64,000 bases of DNA from Oikopleura dioica. Lineage: Eukaryota > Animalia > Chordata. The stretch lies in NCBI GenBank assembly GCA_907165135.1, contig OU015568.1:4092001-4156000 (forward strand), written 5' to 3'. The translations under genes and the position numbers were made by a program. This document shows positions 58,740 to 64,000 of this stretch, in pieces (position 1 is the stretch's first letter; every line of letters starts with the position of its first letter). The notes beneath the pieces were generated by a model. That model was not told where the DNA came from. It ran no database searches and saw only the letters and a list, made by a program, of their open reading frames with translations.

Positions 58740-59078
58740 TTAGCAGCCGGGATAGCTCGAGTAGTAGCTGCAGAATAGAGTGAGGCGGATGGCGCGCTCG
58801 TGGACGGATCGGCGGTGCCGGACAAGCAAGTCCTCTCCCGACAGAAACTGAAAGAAATGAAATGAAAAGAATAGGTTGTTGACTTACCCGTTTTGAGCGC
58901 CGCAGCACTTGGGTATCTTCGTCAATGCTAGAATTTTGGATTTTCGAATCTTGTTTTTTGAGATTTATATATTATATAGCTTTTTATATATAATTTCAAT
59001 TATATTCATATATTTCAACCTTGGTACATAAAAAGCGGCAGCTAAGACTGGCAAAAGAAGTGAACCCATCATGACCAT
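58740..59078 (-). CDS. 68-aa peptide-hormone/neuropeptide-like precursor, 3 exons
   Basis: Exons 59078-59020, 58927-58888 and 58847-58740 with canonical GT-AG introns give MVMMGSLLLPVLAAAFYVPSIDEDTQVLRRSKRFLSGEDLLVRHRRSVHERAIRLTLFCSYYSSYPGC*. Confidence 0.75.
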
Positions 59079-59571
59079 CCTGAAATAAGAATTTTAGGGC
59101 AAGAAAAAATCTGTAAAAACCTGTATGAACGGAGAACCGGACGAATTCCAGCCTGCGAAATGGATAAAATCAAGGTTGAGAAGTGAAACAACGCGTTTTA
59201 TAGTCAAATTATCGCGCGGGAGGTGACGTTGAGGAATATTAGACGGGAAGGAGGAGGAATTGAACGATTGATCAGATGAGTTCTGAAGAATCGGGCAGAT
59301 ATTTTGGGAAGCAAAACAACGACAGTTCCAAAAGAAAACTTTCTGGGGTAAACTTTACTTGGCACGCTTATCGGCTTACTTTATCCGTGTCTGAGAAATT
59401 GAGTACAAATCAGTCAAAACAATTGGCAGGTGCTTTTGAGAAATTTTTACGCGCGAGCGCCTTGCCAAGTCGATTGCTGATTTTGATAAAGAATCCGCGA
59501 AATCGGTGACTTATATAAATACGGGCAACTCCCACTATTTTTCATAAAGGAAAATTAGTGAAATCATAAAT

Positions 59572-61722
59572 ATGGAGAAGGATTCTTTTGGAGGAAACAT
59601 GAAAGATTTACTGGATTTTGAAACGATTCAGAGATATTTGGCAGCGAAAGAAGAGGAAGAGAAAGATTGGAAAGAATATATTTATAATGTGAGTATTTAG
59701 ACTATCCTTGCAAAATCAAATGTCCCTCTTTAGGTCTTTATTATTATCAACGGCTGCACAGTCCTCTTCATGCAGTGTGGTTTTGCCCTTCTCGAAGCCG
59801 GAGCAGTCAGATCAAAAAACGTCACCAATATTCTCCTGAAAAACTTCCTCGATCTTCTCATTGGAATCGTGATTTACTGGGCGTTCGGATTTGCATTTGC
59901 TTATGGAAAAGTGAAGGTCAAGGACGACTTTGGGAACTACACCGGATATTCGAAAGCGAATCGATTTCTTGGGCACAAGCACTTCTTTTTGATGGATGAA
60001 GAAGATTTTGGGACGGAGTTGCTAGAAGGATACCCGGAGAGGGTGATTCATATGGGCTCTTTTTACGGAGAGTTTTTTTATAATTTCGTTTTTGCGGCGA
60101 CAGCTACTACAATTACCTCAGGTAAAGGAATCAATCTAATAACAATGCTAGAAACAATATGTATCTCATTTCTTCATTCAACTTTTTGATAGGCGCTTTG
60201 GCTGAGCGATGCAAAATGTCAGCATACTTCATCTACGGCATCATCCTGACCGGTTTCCTCCAGCCCGTAACTGTCCACTGGACCTGGTCCAACGGATTTC
60301 TTCTTTACCCGCAACAGTATCTCGATCTCCCTCCAGAAGTCTACTTCCGCGATTATGCAGGTGGAGTCAATGTTCATGCTGTCGGCGGCCTTGCTGGTCT
60401 TGTCGGTTGTATCTTCATGGGGCCAAGACTTGGAAGATTCGACACAACGAGAAAGTATCATATTCCAGGACATTCAACGCCGCTGACTGGCCTTGGCGCT
60501 TTTATCCTGATGACTGGTTTTCTCGGAATGGTGCTTGGTCATGGACAGAATATTGAACTTTCAGCTACGAATATTGTCCTTGGTGGTGCTACATCAGGTT
60601 CGGGTTTTTCCTCAATGGGCTTTTTATCAATAATTCAGGGCTAACTGCAATGATGATAAAGTGGATCAAACCTCGCCTCGCCGGCCACTCCCGACACAAA
60701 CAATATTGGTCGTTCCTCATCCTCGTTGATTCCACCCTTTGCGGCATGGTCGCCTTATGTGGCGGGTGCAATATCGTACCCCCGTACGGTGCGGCTGTGA
60801 TTGGCGTTCTTGCTTCCCTAGCGTTTCTTGGAATCGAACATCTGATGATCAAATTTCACATAGACGATCCTCTCGGTTCGTTTGCCACGCATTTTGGCGG
60901 GGGAGTCGTTGGTTGCCTCATGACGCCGTTTTTTATGGTCAAAGAACATGCCGGACTTGATGGCATTTTCTTCTGGGAAGGGTGCGATAAGGACTTTGCG
61001 AAGGTAAGAATTATTGATTCGAAAAGAAAGGGCAATTTTTTCTAGGGTCTTCCAGGTTGGGAAGACGGAGCTTGTCTTTACTCTCCATTCTACCAGCTTG
61101 CATGGCACATTGTCGGCCTACTCTGCATTTTCGTCTGGACGATTGTTCTATCTGTCATCGTATTCGGTCTTCTTTGGCGGTTCGGCCAGCTGCGCGTCAA
61201 CTCAGACTTGGAAATTCGAGGCATCGATATTAAACTTCACGGAGAACCGGCTTATCCAAATGCTGCATATGGCCATGGATGGGATAATGAAGGCGATTTT
61301 GCTTTAGAAGGTAAGAGCTCTTCTTGAAACAATAAAACCAAATTTTTCTAGTTCTTGAAGTTCGAAATGGTCTTGATGGGCAAGCAGCTCCAACGGCTCC
61401 TACTGGCATTCATTCAAGAAGAACAGTCAAGGCCCTTATCAACCCGAATTTGCGAGAAAACTGGGTGAACGAAATCCGACCAGGAGGACTTATCGAAATG
61501 ACGATCGCAGAGCAACAGAAAACGATGAAAGTCCTGAAGCATCTTTTAGAAGAAGACGTCGAAGGCGATGTTTCTCTTGGAATGCCCATGGATACATTCA
61601 CTCCATTGTCTGTCATCGGCACAGGGCAGCTGCAGGAGCGACTGAAGCAGCGAGAAATGGTTGCATCGACTTTTTCAAAAGATGGAATTCCGAATCCTGC
61701 GTGCGACATGCGAGATGATTGA
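59572..61722 (+). CDS. AMT: Ammonium transporter (AMT family), divergent pore residues
   Basis: FMQCGFALLEAGAVRSKNVTNILLKN, FAATATTITS|GALAER, HWTW, DYAGGVNVH, GPRLGRF and DDPLGSFATH motifs. Confidence 0.93.
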
Positions 61723-61946
61723 AGTCAATTTACTGTAAATAGCGCTTTTCACTGTACTGACTGAATAATTTCTGATTGAAACTAAAATATACTAATTGAT
61801 AAATTTTCAATGTCGGGGCTCGAATTCGATACCGGGCACGCGAACGATTTCGGAGTTCGAAGTATTAGTTTTGACGTTAGTATTGAATTCGATTCGTTGA
61901 GCACTAGTAGATTAGAAATGAGAAAATTTTGGGAAGTTCAGAAACA

Positions 61947-63247
61947 TCACTGACAGAAATGAAAATCTGCTTGAAAAAGAACAGGAATCCAATTTTGACC
62001 GTCATTTGAGCCAATAACTTCTGATCCCAAAAACTCGTCGTTTTCAATATGAACTCGCTCGACAGGATAAGTTCCATCAGCAGATTTAACATAGCCAGAG
62101 ACAACAAAAACGTAATTCCCAATTTTTATAGCAGAAGCAGCATCATAATTCTTAATTTTTATGATTAACTCGTAATTAATTATAATTACTTACACTCAGA
62201 ACTTGTCCAAGGATATTCCAGACATCGTCCTTTAGAATCCAAACATTCTTCGACACCTCTTCATCATCCTCTCCACCAATCAATAACAAAGACCCGGAAT
62301 CAAGGCCAGTCAAAGTATGCCCATTTATTTTCCTGAAATCATCGATCTCTTTTTAAAATCCGTGAAAAATCTTGCCTTGGATGGTCGGGAAGAGAAGCCC
62401 ATCCAGTTGAGTTGTAGGTCTCAACCTTTTGCGCACCACTTTTGTAGTAGCTTCCGACTGTAGTTGGCTGACCCTTGTAAAGCCCTAACTTGCCCCAGTC
62501 ATGATTGTTCTGGGCCGAATGAGTGGAAGAGACACTTTCTCCGTCAAATATTTCACAGGCTTCATAAGGTCCGGGAAATCCGGAAAGCAAATAAGCGCTG
62601 AAAAGATTGATAAACAGCTAATCTTATTCTAACCTTTTGTTCCATATTCAATCGCAAGTGCTGCGGACCCATCATAAAATCGGTAGCTTAACCTCGCTGA
62701 AATCAAGCTAAAACTGCATCCGACGAGTTTTCCTATCTTCTGATTGTCCGCGTTTCCTCCAAAAATAAACAACTCATCCTGCAAAATAGCAAAAGGTGAA
62801 CCAGCGACAAAGTCATTTGAAGGAGCGTCTAATTGGGGAGCAACAATGCTGATGCCATCACCAGAATTGATGTAAGAGGAGGTCAAATCATTCAGCAAGA
62901 CGGCGAAATGCATGTTTGACTAAACTACTGTCCGAAAAGAAGAGCGGTAAAAAACTTACAAGATCGTCGGGGCAGATCGGGTTTTCACAGTCTTTGCATC
63001 CTTGAGGACAATTCTCTCCACAGGGACACGAATCCAGGCAGACTTTATAAAAAGAAAAAAATATAATTTCAAATTTCAAAGGACTGACTTTCGTATGATC
63101 TTTCGCAAGTTGTGAGGCAGAACTCATCCTCACAGGACAGCCGACATTGAGTGTAAACGATTCGACAGTTGCCATTGCATTCTTCTTGAAGTTCTTGATC
63201 TCTTGAATCATTTTAGTAATCAATTTAGGGCTCAATCTTACGGGCAT
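61947..63247 (-). CDS. Cys-rich motif plus kelch-like beta-propeller protein (family I recall as expanded in Oikopleura)
   Basis: CLDSCPCGENCPQGCKDCENPIC; DELFIFGG; LGLYKGQPTTVGS; WASLPDHPR; LLLIGG; C-terminal IPVLFQADFHFCQ*. Confidence 0.75.
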
Positions 63248-63649
63248 TTGAGAAGACCTGCTCTAGAATCGATTATAGAGGCGTGAAAAGCCTGAAAAAG
63301 ATTGAAAATAATCATTTTCTCTTGAAAATAGTGGAAAAAAATCGAGCTAAAGATACGAATTTTTCGCTAATAATTGATCAGATCATAAACGAGAAAAAAC
63401 ATTTGAAATTTTTACGGAAACACATTTTGTTTGAATAACCATAAAATTTTGAGTTCGAGAAAGTTCAGAGCCAAAACTGTAAAACCGGACTTACATGATC
63501 TCCGATTCTGTCTAAATTTCGCGAAAACATGCATCTGGCGCGAAATCAGCAAAGCCATTTTCGCATTTTTCTTGGCGACCCTCTCATTCCGTTTTATTTT
63601 AAGTTTTCTGAGTTTCAATTTATTTAAGTTTCAATTTTACGTTTTCAAA

Positions 63650-64000
63650 ATGCCACCGCGAGGGAACGATACTGACGTTGAAGAGACGACTAGTTGTGAT
63701 ATCTACGAGATTATTTCGGAAATAAAAGGACTTCAGCTTGAAATAAGTACGAAAATTTTCATCTCAAAATTGAATTCTATGACCCTTAAATTCATCCCTT
63801 TTTTAGAAAAATGCGACGCGAAAATCGACTTGTTGCCAAATCTAGATCTGCCCAATTCGGACTACTTTGGCCCGCCGCTCCCACCTGATTATGAGAAAAA
63901 TAATTTGGTCCAATACATCGAAGGTATGCCAAAAGAGACGGTTAAAGGCTGAAGTCAATTTTTCAGAGCCAAGCTCCAACACTTGCGAGCAGCGTGGATA
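63650..64000 (+). CDS. 5' exons of a hypothetical gene running off the window
   Basis: MPPRGNDTDVEETTSCDIYEII... with GT-AG introns at about 63746 and 63924. Confidence 0.45.

Noticed and set aside
58705-58908. ORF 58705..58908 as the gene product
   Set aside because: It reads through an intron and off-frame over exon 3 of the spliced peptide precursor.

Overview
Eukaryotic DNA from an extremely compact, intron-rich animal genome. Tiny introns (mostly 30-60 nt), several GA-AG/GG-AG introns, operon-like gene spacing and a CPCxxNCPxGC + kelch-like gene suggest (inference) the larvacean tunicate Oikopleura. About 30 spliced protein genes were reconstructed by hand: PEA3-type ETS factor, ABCA transporter, claudin-like, LDB1, IQCG/DRC9, CHST-type sulfotransferase, PCID2, a possible Zwilch, CWC27, a CK1-family kinase, a C2H2 zinc-finger protein, a trypsin-CUB-CUB protease, SLC26, AMT and several unknowns. 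There are two tRNA genes (Phe-GAA; Thr-AGT inside a protease intron), a 3.26-kb foldback element carrying a ~2-kb 56-bp hairpin satellite, and many MITEs. Best leads: (1) a 68-aa three-exon peptide-hormone-like precursor missing from the ORF track; (2) one hAT MITE family inserted with perfect 8-bp TSDs into coding exons of both members of a tandem gene pair, which together with other TIR elements at splice sites may capture transposon-driven intron gain; (3) the satellite-bearing foldback element. Exon structures are manual and unverified by RNA data. No homology searches were run.
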